Assembly (NCBI GenBank): GCA_001655205.1
Contig: LPNZ01010155.1
Location: 1 to 35,768 of the forward strand
Direction: 5' to 3'
DNA: 35,768 nt
Source of the DNA: Lenisia limosa
Taxonomy: Eukaryota; Protista; Breviatea
The notes under the pieces are model-generated. The model had not been told where the DNA came from. It did no database searches and worked only from the letters and a program-made list of their open reading frames with translations. The first letter of the stretch is position 1. Each line of letters begins with the position of its first letter. Both the position numbers and the translations under genes were made by a program. This document shows positions 10,905 to 22,141 of this stretch, piece by piece.

Positions 10905-11886
10905 TTGTCGAACTATATCGTCAGAAAAAAAATGATAAAAAGAAGAAAGACCAACCACTTGGATACACCATTATTATTTATTATGAAAAACACTTCAAGC
11001 AAGAACACTCAACACTAGTGGTAATTAGGCTGCCTTGTAACTAGGTTTGTTGAACAGATCTAGGTAACTCTCAGGCTCAGGTAACAAGGGAGGTAACTCT
11101 AGGACTTGCAACTGAACTAAGACATAGCTACCAAGCATGATCTCGGATCTCTGAAGATTTTTCTTGATGTTCCATGATTTTGTATATTTTTTTTGAAAAA
11201 TTATCTCTCTTTATTTGGCATTCTTTTGGGTATTCCGCAATAATATAGAAAAAACATTATTTCAACAAGTTTTTTTACCATCTGAGTCGCGTCCACAGTA
11301 AATTAGAACTCTTTAAGCCGGACTTTTCACTTCCCTGTCGCTTTGCTATCCAAAGTTGGACTGATGAAGCATTAAAATTGTGTATATATATATGGTTTCC
11401 AACCAAATCGCTATCACAATTTGAGATGTTTTTGGGCTATCACTGAAACTCAGGAAATACTTGTGAGTTTGACAGGAAAGTGAAAAAGGAAGTAAAATTG
11501 GGGCTGATTTTAAGACGATACGACTCTACTGGTAATCATACTCGTTAGAATGGTTTTATACTCTTTTTATAACGGAATGCTTTGAAGAATACCAAATTAG
11601 AGACAAGAAAAATTCGTAAAAAAACTCATATAATGTCACATGATGTCACCTGATGTCAAAAAAAATCATGCCAGGTACCCCTCATCAGCGGCCCCCTGGG
11701 TGAGTGTAAGGGTAAGGGGGTAAGGGACACAAGAAGTGGGAGTGGTGGTGGCAACGTGGTGCGAGTGCGCGCCATTCGCAGCAAACAAATCACAGATCAT
11801 CACAGCCAGATATCATCCGCTTTCCTCCACTCTTCCCGTTCATTTACAGCTGTTTATTTTATCACTACTACTGTGATGGCAGACTG

Positions 11887-12052
11887 ATGGCAATTTTAAT
11901 GTGAGTTTTGCCTTATTTTTCTCTTTCCCCGACTTCATCTTTCTAATTTCTTCCACTTGTTCTTTTCAAGGCGGTTCATTATTATATCAAAGCAAGATAC
12001 AAAAGAGCTGATGACCAAGAGTCTTGTTGTTGTTGGAGTTTTGTTGTCTTGA
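11887..12052 (+). CDS. Candidate small spliced ORF (31 aa) or 5' part of a degraded gene
   Basis: ATG at 11887 and a clean GTGAGT..pyrimidine tract..CAAG intron (11901-11970) give MAILMRFIIISKQDTKELMTKSLVVVGVLLS*. No homology recognised. Confidence 0.25.
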
Positions 12053-12329
12053 AAACTCCAAACTCCAAGTGAACAGCCTGACTGACACCGACTTCAAGAT
12101 GAATGATGATTTCGCTACGGAACACACCATCATTGACAAAGAAGTGTTCAGATATTGACAAATTCAAATCATGTCTCAGACTACCTGGAAAAATGAATCG
12201 CCGCAGTCTCTGGAGCTGAAAGAATACACATGGAAAAAATGATATGATCATCAAAAAAATGTTACCCTGGATGGTGGTAAACCCCAGATGAAATCAGAAA
12301 ATCAGAAAGTAAATCAGAAATAGAAACAA

Positions 12330-15300
12330 TCAACAATATTTAGACATATCCTCTTTTCCAGTGAACTTTGAGAAGTCCATTTCCTCAAATGGAAACTCGT
12401 CTGGAATTTTGTCTTCGTCTCCATCATCAATTAGCAAATCTTTCTCGAAATTTTCGAACATGTAGGAAAAGTCTGAAGTATGAGTGGGTATGAAAGCAAT
12501 GCCTACCAATATCTTCGCCTGTGTCAATTGTAAACAAGCTGTCTGCTTCCTCATCTTCTTGAGGAGCCTCTGTGGACGGTTAAGAAGAGAGGGAAAACGA
12601 TCTCCCAAATTGTTACCACATACTTAGCAACTCTTCCTTGGCGCCTTCCACACCACAATATCGCGCCACAACAGCCTAAAACAATCAGCTTTGTAATTTT
12701 TTGGGCAGATAAGAGAACTTGACTTCTCACCTGAGCAACATTGTAAAGATGGTCGAAGGGAATGGTATCCTCATCTAAGAGGGCGGCATGAGCAAGACCA
12801 GGCTTGGGGTAGGCTGATCGCGTGATACTTAAGCCGATTGTGCTCTAAATAATTTTAGAGATTACACATCAAATGTAACAAACGGAAATTTTAAGTAATT
12901 CAGAGAAGACGGCTTCCGAAGGAGGAGTCTTGACAGAATCTTGAAGTTGCAACCGGGCTTGATCATATGTAAAAGAGCCTTCGGGGGGATCGATTTGAAA
13001 CAGGCGGCGGGAAATGTACACCCGTCTAAAAGCATCAATAAGGGATATGAATCTGAACAGGTAATATATTTGCTATTCACTTCTCCAAAGTGAATTTCTT
13101 GATATCTTGAAATATCGAATATTATCGGTCTTTTGCATCTATCAAAACTAAAAAAAATAAAAAACGAGAAAGAAAAAAAACGATTACAACAAAAACCACA
13201 AAGATAGTACAGTTAAAACTTGGAGGGTAAAATGATTGGTTGGTCAGTTCCGAAATTGTCCTGCTTACTCCCAGCCAAAGACATCCGAGGTTATTTTAAC
13301 TTAAACGACAAATTACAGACCACTGTATGGCTGATATACCATAATACGATAATCAGAAAATACTTCTAAGTACCAACAAGTTATATATTTCTCTATAATG
13401 TAATGAAAACTAGAGAGTTTGAAGGAGTGTCATTGATGAGTTCAGCAAAAACGTTGCCTACTCCCAGCCAAGAGAAAATTCTAGAAGAGTTTCACATTAT
13501 GCAGATTTAATACAATGTAACATTGGATTATTTTCTGTTTAAAACTGCTAACACCCAGCAGAGACCATTTTTATCGATAGAGTTGAAAGTCTACCCTCAT
13601 TACAAATAGTGGGTTCTAGGGTCCAAATTGCTCTTAACTGTTCATAAACCAGACCAACAGGACGTAGGCATATGCGTTGGGGTCGAGACCCTGAAGGGCA
13701 TTGTATGCAACGCGATAGTACACGGATGGCTCTACTCCAGTAAAACAAAAAATAAAGAAAATACAAAAAAATTATAAATCAAACTCCTCACTTTTCATTT
13801 TTCTTGAGGGAGGAACAAGGGCCATGGCCGCGCGGACAATCAAAATCTCCTTATTGGGCTCCAGGTTCTCTTCTTCAAAAATAAAATAATCAAGTTTGCT
13901 CAGAGCCCGGGCCATGTAGACTGTCTGTGCGTCTGAAAAGTCTCTTTTGGCCCTTAGAAGTGAGTTACAGTAGTTGATGAAAAAGGAAACCCACGCGCAG
14001 AGTTTTGGTTTGAAGAGACTGAGGCAAATTAGGGCGGCTAGGGGCTTGACAAAAGAAGAGAAGTCTACATGGTAAATACCATAAACGTGTTGGCATTGAA
14101 AGCTACAACAATACAAAGAGGTCCTACATTGTTCAGTGTGCTGCATCTTTGTCATCGAGCAGCGAAGGTAGTCCAACCGGTCAACATGTGCCTTCTTAAG
14201 ACTACAATATGAGGTGTGTTCCAAAGACCCAAGAGTACTGTAGACCTGTGACCACAAATAAAGCTTGTTTGTATGAAGAACAAAACTAAAAAGGGACGGT
14301 CATTCATTTTCCGTTTTCCAACACCATTGAGACCATACTAACCATCCATCTTCGGCAGCTTTGAGAATATTTGCTGCGACAGGAGCAAGAATCGCTCCAA
14401 TTACTTCAGTGCTTCAGGATCAAAAAGAAAAAAAATGGGGCCTTTTCATTTACCAAATAGTTTTGACAAAACAGTAATTTAAAAACCTCGTACCTGCAAC
14501 GTGATTCTGCTGCTCTCTCCACCAATTTACCGTCCATATCTCCATCATTGTTGTGGACCTCAATGTAGCTATTCAGTCAAATTCTGGCATAACTCTCAAC
14601 TCGATTTCATCACCAACTTACGATAACCAAATTTTGCTGTGACCTGTCTGAAGGAGCTTTCTGGTGTGCTCATCAGGAAGGGGGTGGTCTACACCATAAG
14701 GCTTGGGAATCATTAATAAGTCAGTCTGTTTTTTGTGATTGATAATAAATGTGCTTCACACCTACCTCACCACTCCGAGGTACTGCGAGAGTAGGAAACA
14801 GGATATTATCGATATTCAAGCATATATTGGGGAAAACTCTGACTTTTGAGAACAAAGCATAAATAGCAATGAGAAATAAAAAAAAATAAGGTCCACACCA
14901 TTACGCTTATAAGAGATATTAGTTCATAGTATTCCATATTGCGAGTGAGAGTTAGCAGCACACCTTTGACATATCCTGCATTGAACTCGACATTTTCAGG
15001 GTCAAATAGGTTGAAAGGTGGGGTCTAAATCATCATGAGATAAATCCCATCACACAAACCGCTGCTTCAGCCATACTCTTAATTCGCTTTCTTTTCATCA
15101 TGTCACCTGAGATTAAGTCTTGTCCAAGATCCCAGGTTAAAATAACACCTTAAAGCATACCATCTTGCTCCGAGCGAACCTGGAGGCTGTCCATCTTCTG
15201 GAGGCATCGTTTTCTTAAAAGCACCGCATAAGAACGGAGGTTCTGCGCCATGAGCAAAGGAACAAAGTGCAAATATCAAAAGCCAGACTCACATCCAGGA

Positions 15301-15584
15301 GGACAGCACGAACAGGTGATCCAGCAGGAAGTGCAGATGCGGTTCCTGCAATCAACTTTTCAAGCTCTTCCACAGAAAGAATAATCGTTTCCAAGGTTAT
15401 CCTAAAAGGTGAGATCTGGCTAGGAAAGGTAAATCCCGCTACAGAGAATTATTGCTAGGGAGAATCCTTTCTCGCTAACAATTTTAAATTAATAAAAACC
15501 AACATACTCATTCAGGAGCTTCTCAGAGATATGCTCAAACACAAGTTCAGCTGGGGATTTCTCACCCACTCCAGAGTCTGCCAT
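12330..15584 (-). CDS. Uncharacterised multi-exon protein with acidic C-terminus
   Basis: Starts MADSGVGEKSPAELVFEHISEKLLN. It continues through a series of GT-AG bounded open exons (e.g. NLRSYAVLLRKRCLQKMD, DMMKRKRIKSMAEAA, AYPKPGLAHAALLDED) and ends EDIDFSYMFENFEKDLLIDDGDEDKIPDEFPFEEMDFSKFTGKEDMSKYC*. Several internal junctions are unresolved, and it could be two genes. Confidence 0.65.
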
Positions 15585-15814
15585 TTTAATCCTTAAGTTG
15601 CACTTAAGAAGTCACAATCACACAATCACAAGCACCAAGGGGCAAAAGGGGCTGTGAATGTGGATTTTTTGCCCAGAAGACTCCTACGGAGCCGATCCAA
15701 ATAAGTCTTGCGGTCCTGTTTTGTTAGACCCAGATCGTAGATCGTTTGAAATGGACGGGAAATAAACAAAACAGAAAATGCTGAATGCTGTGAGGCCCCA
15801 ACTTAGCAGCTTGC

Positions 15815-18556
15815 TTTACTTGTTTTGAATCGAGAAAAAGAGAATAAGCGAGAGATAGTGGATGAAACCCGCGGAAAGCCTCAAGAGTGTAAACATTTTA
15901 CCCCATGGCCCAATAGCTTTTCCTTTTTGACCCGCTGAGTTATCGTTTGCTGGGTACTGCTGCCCGCTGTGTAGGTGGTATGGAGGGTTCAAGAAGGAAC
16001 AAGAAGCTCACTGCAGCTGCTCCTTCCCTGACACTTTCCAATGTGGGTTATTTCAAGGCGATACTGTTGTTATAGACCTCGATATTTCCGATATCATATC
16101 AATAATGGACTACAGGCTAGTCTTGGAGGCAAGCCAGGGGCTACGACCCGAAAGCGGCCTGACAGTGCAGTTATTCGACCCGACACTCCTGGAGAGTCCG
16201 GACTGGGGGACTTGATGGCCCTGTCAGGTGGGGCATTGCTTTGGGGATTCTCAGACTTGTGTTTCATTGCATTCGGGCTAATGTGTAGGAATGGACGTCG
16301 TGGATAACGGGGCCTTAGTCAAGACGGGCCGGCCTGAAGTTGATCTTGCCCATGTCTTTGATATTGTTGACACAAACTGTAAGGTTGTATTGGTTCTCCT
16401 AATTTGCTCTGACCTCTTTAGCTTCGGGGGATCTTGACTTCGAAGAAATTATGTCCTTCTATCAGCGTAAGCCTGTCTTCTTTTGTCAATATTATTGTTC
16501 CCGCAACCAACCATCACGAGAGTATATTGAGTGTTATTTTGACCATCATTTTGTTTTTTACAAAAACAGAGGTTACTGGACGAACGTGTACTCGAAAACA
16601 AGTGGAAGCATCGGTTCGAATTGCTGCAACCACACAAGGAAGGGTAGGGCTGAGTTCTGATGTTATTTTAATTCCATGGACAATATACTTTACTATATTA
16701 TATTCTATGTCTATGATATGATATGTAAATAAATAATGTGTTACTATATGACAAATTATTTGCATACTATCAGATGTAATATTACACGGACCCTCAATTC
16801 TAATGGATAAAAAGCTTGCATTCCTCAAGAAGTTAACAATATCGTTCATTTTCAAATTTTGGTTTACATTTATGACACCCCATCAAACGAAACTGAGGCT
16901 CTATTGCAATTAATTTTTAAAAATGACTTTCAATGCGTAGAAATTAATTTCAATTAATTAATTAATTACATTCTTCAGTAAATAATTAGGACAATTAAAT
17001 TTCGAGAATTTGCGGGAATATTCTTGATCGAAATAATTTTGTACTGGGCATTAAAATTTTTTAAAAAATATGTATTGTAAAATAAATTGCACAGAGGCCA
17101 AAGAGCAATAATACATACTAGATAAAACAATTTTCCATTTGGTGATCAGTAAGTGATCTTCCCATTTCTTGACGCTTAGCTTCTATCTCTTTGGCAACTC
17201 GGCTTTATTCTCTTTTGATTGGAAATATAGTAGGTTAATATCCAGGAACAAATAATGAAAACCAAAATACCAGGGACAAATTTTGAGGGGACTGTCGTAT
17301 TTTAAAGCACAACTTATGATTTTTAGGTATGTCGTAAGGACTTTGTCTCAGTGATGTCCGAAATTCAACGACGCTCTGTTTTAGTAGAGAGGTTCGCTCT
17401 TTGCCTAGTGTTTTAGCTGATTGTTTAGACTATCATGGGACTTCAAGCTTCTTGCTTGTACCTCGAAAGGAAAAGGTTTGTGGCTAAAAACTCCGTATTT
17501 GGAGTATGGTCCCTAGGCTTAGGTTTTACATGGTATCTTGACAAAAGAGATTCTTGACCACAGACTTTTCTCACCCCTGCATTTCCGGTTTTAACATTGA
17601 TCCAAACAATTCAAAACGGTGGATTACGCAAACGGGTTTTTTGGTCCACGGATTCCACGTATGTACGGATGGAATTGGGTTCAATCCACGGAGTGTTTTT
17701 TTTTTTGCATTTTTGCCTGATCATGCCTGATGGAAGTTTCTGGAAGTTTTCAAAACTGAGAGATGCCTGCCTGGCCACTAGCTCAACAATTTCTCACATC
17801 AGTCCACGGATTACAGGAGACATAAAAAAAAGTCCAGGGTTTAGAGAAATCGGTCCACGGAAAAAAACGCGTTTTTATCCGTACGTGCGTGAGTGGTTCA
17901 CGATTACACCAAGTCTTCCCTCTTATTGTTTTCTTATATACTATTAGGACTATCTTAAACAGGTAAGCTAACTTGTTAGGATCCGCGGAATCCGTGGAAT
18001 CCTTGTACCGAACCCATTTAGCATAATCCACCACTGTATTCTCATGATATTCATCAAAACAACCGTAAAAACCTGATACCGCTTTTTTTTTATTTCTGGG
18101 TGAATAACCTTTCAGACACAGTCAACAAGCAACAAGCTAAATTGCTGTTTGAAGCCTTCAGAGGAAGCAAGTAGGGAGTGGTGTTGTCAACGCAGAGTTG
18201 TAACACTCAATTAGTTGTAGCAGGATTAGGCTGTAATAACTTAATGACTAGGTTCACGGAGAAAGAGTTTGATATTTTCAATCACTCACGAGGAAAGTCT
18301 CAGGCCCCTTTTACACTCGAGGTGAGATGAAATCATATCATATGATATTGGAGTTATTCATATGATATACTACATATGATATTCTTTCTATCCATCAAGA
18401 TCTGTTTTCTCCTTTTCCAATGTCTGAGGGTACTAACATCTATTTTAGGAATTGGAAGCAGCACTCAGTGAGCCTCCACTAGATTCGAGAAGCTCGCTGA
18501 TGTCCCCTCCATCACTCGATTATGATGGTGATGGTGATGAAGATATTATTGCCTAA
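15815..18556 (+). CDS. EF-hand-containing protein, multi-exon, start uncertain
   Basis: EF-hand loop VFDIVDTNS|SGDLDFEEIMSFY is split by intron 16379-16421. Later exons read TVNKQQAKLLFEAFRGSK|FTEKEFDIFNHSRGKSQAPFTLE|ELEAALSE..DYDGDGDEDIIA*. Confidence 0.65.
17630..18015. repeat. Intronic element with repeated TCCACGGA motifs, inverted at the right end (MITE-like)
   Basis: TCCACGGA at 17645, 17685, 17803 and 17854; inverted TCCGTGGA at 17991; palindromic TCCGCGGA at 17982. Confidence 0.55.
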
Positions 18557-18666
18557 GAAAGTTTGGCCTTTTTTTTATCTTTATTTCGCTTTATTGTATT
18601 TATTCTGATTTGGAAAATGTATTAAGAATTAAATCCACAGTTTTACCTAATTTTCAGCTTCAACCA

Positions 18667-21600
18667 TTATATACATTCGTTGTAAGAGTCAGGAGTGAGG
18701 TCATCCAGTAGTTTGAGGAACTATAATAAACAAGCAAAAGTAAACCTTTTCAATTGGGCAAAGATAATCATCGCACCCAGGAATAACAACAGGTTTCCAG
18801 TTGTCCAAATATCGAACATAAAAATCCCCATTCTTGAAGTGTCAAACGAGTTGGTGCAAATATTATAAAATGGTTTTTATTCGGTTCGAAGAAGCTGTAA
18901 CCAGTGAATGAAGCCAACCTTTTCGATCATTTCGAAAAAAAGCATCGAGGCGTAGGGTGGCCATTGACCTTCAATTATTAATAGTAACAGTAACTATCAA
19001 AATGATAGCACTACATGGATATTTAGCTCACCTTGGAAAACTCCAAATGCAATTTGTAAAGGGGAGAGGGTCCAGTCATGACTCGCATAAAGATAGAGCT
19101 TTGAAACTGAAGAAGTAAAAATACAGAAAAAAAACAATGTATTCTGATTACATCAAATACGAGTAGTATACAATATCATATCATATCCCCGTCCACAAAA
19201 ACTGGTGCTTTTTTTTTGGAGACTCGGTGCTTTAAGGTTTTTACAGACAAAANNNNNNNNNNNNNAAAAGGTTGTAGCTGATAGTAAATGTAACTATAAG
19301 GCTTCCTACCTTCTTCATTGTTGTGGTAGGCATTGAGTTCGGTTTCCATATCCTATCTCAGTCAATCAAAAAAAAAAAAAAGCACAGAAACCGAAAAACG
19401 NNNNNNNNNNNNNNNNNNNNNNNNNNNNNNNNNNNNNNNNNNNNNNNNNNNNNNNNNNNNNNNNNNNNNNNNNNNNNNNNNNNNNNNNNNNNNNAAGGAA
19501 ACCAATTCCAAGTCGCTGGTCTGAAAAGTAAAAAGGACTGTCCAATTACTATTTTTAATTGGTCAGTTAATTGGGAATTTCGTGAAAAAGAAGAAAACAC
19601 AATATGAATATCATATATATATACTATATGATATGCTTATAAATGTATAATATTTCATATAATAAAAGTACTAAATAAAATTCTCTAATAAGCGTGATGG
19701 AGTGGATGGCTTCGGCCAGATACATCTTTATTTTTTATTTCTCATTGTATATATTATATATATATAAATTATATAAAATAGTATAATAGAGTATAATATA
19801 CAATGTGCTCGTGCACCAAAACCCCGTCATTTTTGGGATATCCTGACAATTTTGAATTTTGGAGAAATAAACTTGAAATTGTGGTTTTTTTCTGCTTCAT
19901 ATACTATGTTATTAACACTAAAAAATAATATTCTTTCTTCCTATTAGTTTGTCCCCCAAACTGTATGTCACATTTGGTGCACTATTCCACTCCAAAAACT
20001 GCCAATCAGCTTCGTCCCAAATTCGTTGTGCCAGTTCATCGGTAACAACATATGGGATCGGCTACAAGTGAAGATGATTCTAAAGCAGAGCCAACCTTAT
20101 TATGACACACGTGACTGAAAATGCAGTCTCTTTTGAGATTGACATCAAACATTCCCTAAGAAATCAGCCTTTAGGACAACAATAAGATGTAAATTGAACA
20201 ATTGAGGTTAAAATAGAAAACAATGACTTGGTACATACTGAAAGTCCAGTGACGTAGTTAAACTCTTCAACGAGAGGCTCAAAAACCTGAATCAGTCATA
20301 TCTGTGCTGCGAAATGAATTGATATCAACATAACAACCTCTTTCATGTGCCTCTGCCATTTCGGTGTTTTCTTGGCGGCATCAACTATTACTTGCCACTT
20401 TGGACAAAGGTAAGCTAAAAGTGATGAGTAAAATAATCATTGTTAAAAAAACTGTTCTGGAACCATTTTATAAGTATAATACATCATTTTCAATAATAAT
20501 ATACATAGAGCAGGGTGGCAATTCAGAAAATTGGCTCGGATTTTCGTTCATTTTCTCTAAGATTGGCGCATATTGAACGTGATTTACGCCAAAGCTTGGA
20601 GTCTTTCAAACTGAAGTAACAGGTAGTAATTCGTTTCAAAGAAGGCGTCTTGGAACAATTTTCTAACAACATCCATGACAATTTTCTGAATTACCACCCT
20701 GCTTTAAAAGGAGTTCAGGGATTATGCTTCCAGCGAAAATGTATAAAGGCACTCGTCTTGATTTGTTTTACTTGGAATTCTCACCGTTTGGAAGAATATT
20801 GTCAAAGTCCGCATCAGTGGTTTCCATCTCAACCTAAAAACAATGAAAAGGAATTCTCAAACTGTTTCAATCGACCCACTTACAACATTCGGTGCTTCAT
20901 GAGCCATGAGCCCAATAAGAAGACTTTCAGCTGACCTTGTCACTCGTGCTACTGCCTACTTTCATTAGCTATGTTTGAAAAGGGTATTGTTACCCCACTC
21001 TCGTCCTTGTTTTGATGCCAGTAATTCCTGATGTCTTCAAGAGCGTTTCTCTATAAGCTTCTCTCAACAGCTTTCCATTTGTTACGTGCTAAAAAATGAA
21101 CGAGAAAATAACAGATGCAGAAAGGTGTAGGGGCAAACCTGATGATAACCTCGTTCAGTCAAATGTCCCACTGCGCAGTTCCCTAAAAACATGGTTATGA
21201 GCCTTAATAACATGAAATATGATATACAGAAGCAGAATGGTAGCTTTGCTCTCTATGATTACCTTTCAAAAAGCCTGAGTTGGGTTTGAATTTGGTGCGG
21301 AAAAGAGTAGATGGATGCTCTGAACAGTAAGATGGCTTTGTGGTGATATGAAAGGATAGAGAAAAGGTGGAGTCCAATGATACCCTACGATTGCTATTCA
21401 GGATTGCAGGTCTCTCATCCTCTTCAAATGAACAGTCCCACTGGATATCCTCGCTCCCCACCCAGCAAGGAATGGGAGAAGTTTGGACGCGGTCGCCATG
21501 CCGAAAGAATACCTGACACATTAATTACAGAGAGAGTACCAAAGATGTGATATGTTCAAATAGCAAGCATCAAAGCCACATACGTGTGACTGCACAACAT

Positions 21601-21829
21601 TGAAGCCGTCCTCTAGGGTTGGATATGGCCTATTGTGATAGGGCTGGCAATAGTGGTGTCTGTCAACTGGCTGGGATTGAGATGCGATGTCAGTGGCCGA
21701 CCCCTTCACGGAAATCAGACTTCCTCCCATGACTACTGCAAAGAGCAGCCATCGTAGATGACTGATTATAATCATCTCAAAATGCTGCTTGCTGCATTCC
21801 AGTTCCAGTTTTCGATAAATCGTGACCAT
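18667..21829 (-). CDS. Histidine acid phosphatase (branch 2; lysosomal/secreted type), multi-exon
   Basis: Hydrophobic N-terminus (start at 21829 or 21775), catalytic VFFRHGDR, GHLTERGYHQ, RSAESLLIGL, YASHDWTL, QWPPYASMLFFE, VRYLDN..IPGCDDYLCPIEK|FLKLL..ECI*. Confidence 0.92.
19686..19722 (+). repeat. Short dispersed repeat with hairpin (second copy at 35647-35682)
   Basis: TAATAAGCGTGATGGAGTGGATGGCTTCGGCCAGATA versus TAATAAGCGTGATGGTCTGGACGGCTTCGTCAGATA. Confidence 0.8.
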
Positions 21830-22036
21830 CGATCTTTGATCTGACTTTTAGTTGTGCCCCTTGGCCGAATCAGCCATCAATCAATCAACAACTATATAAT
21901 ATATTAAAACATAGAGGGAGGATACAACGAGACAACAATATATATTGACATATTGACCTTTTCAGACAGGGGCTATTATTTACGTTTCACACTACACACT
22001 CCAGTCTCAAACCAGTCTGCTGCCCCTCGCCCCCAC

Positions 22037-22083
22037 TGTACACCGGTGCTAAGCTTAGTCTTGTACACCGGTGTGACCCGGTG
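22037..22083. promoter_or_regulatory. Palindrome cluster in divergent intergenic region (phosphatase / SNARE)
   Basis: TGTACACCGGTG twice (22037 and 22062) flanking palindrome CTAAGCTTAG (22049-22058), plus CCCGGTG at 22077. The regulatory role is inferred from position only. Confidence 0.4.
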
Positions 22084-22141
22084 ATAACAAGTGATAACAC
22101 GAATAACAAGCCCTCTAGCTCCACGCGTCCACACCACTCCA

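Noticed and set aside
12291-12320. AAATCAGAAA three times
   Set aside because: A short low-complexity tandem repeat just downstream of a stop codon, with no evidence of function.
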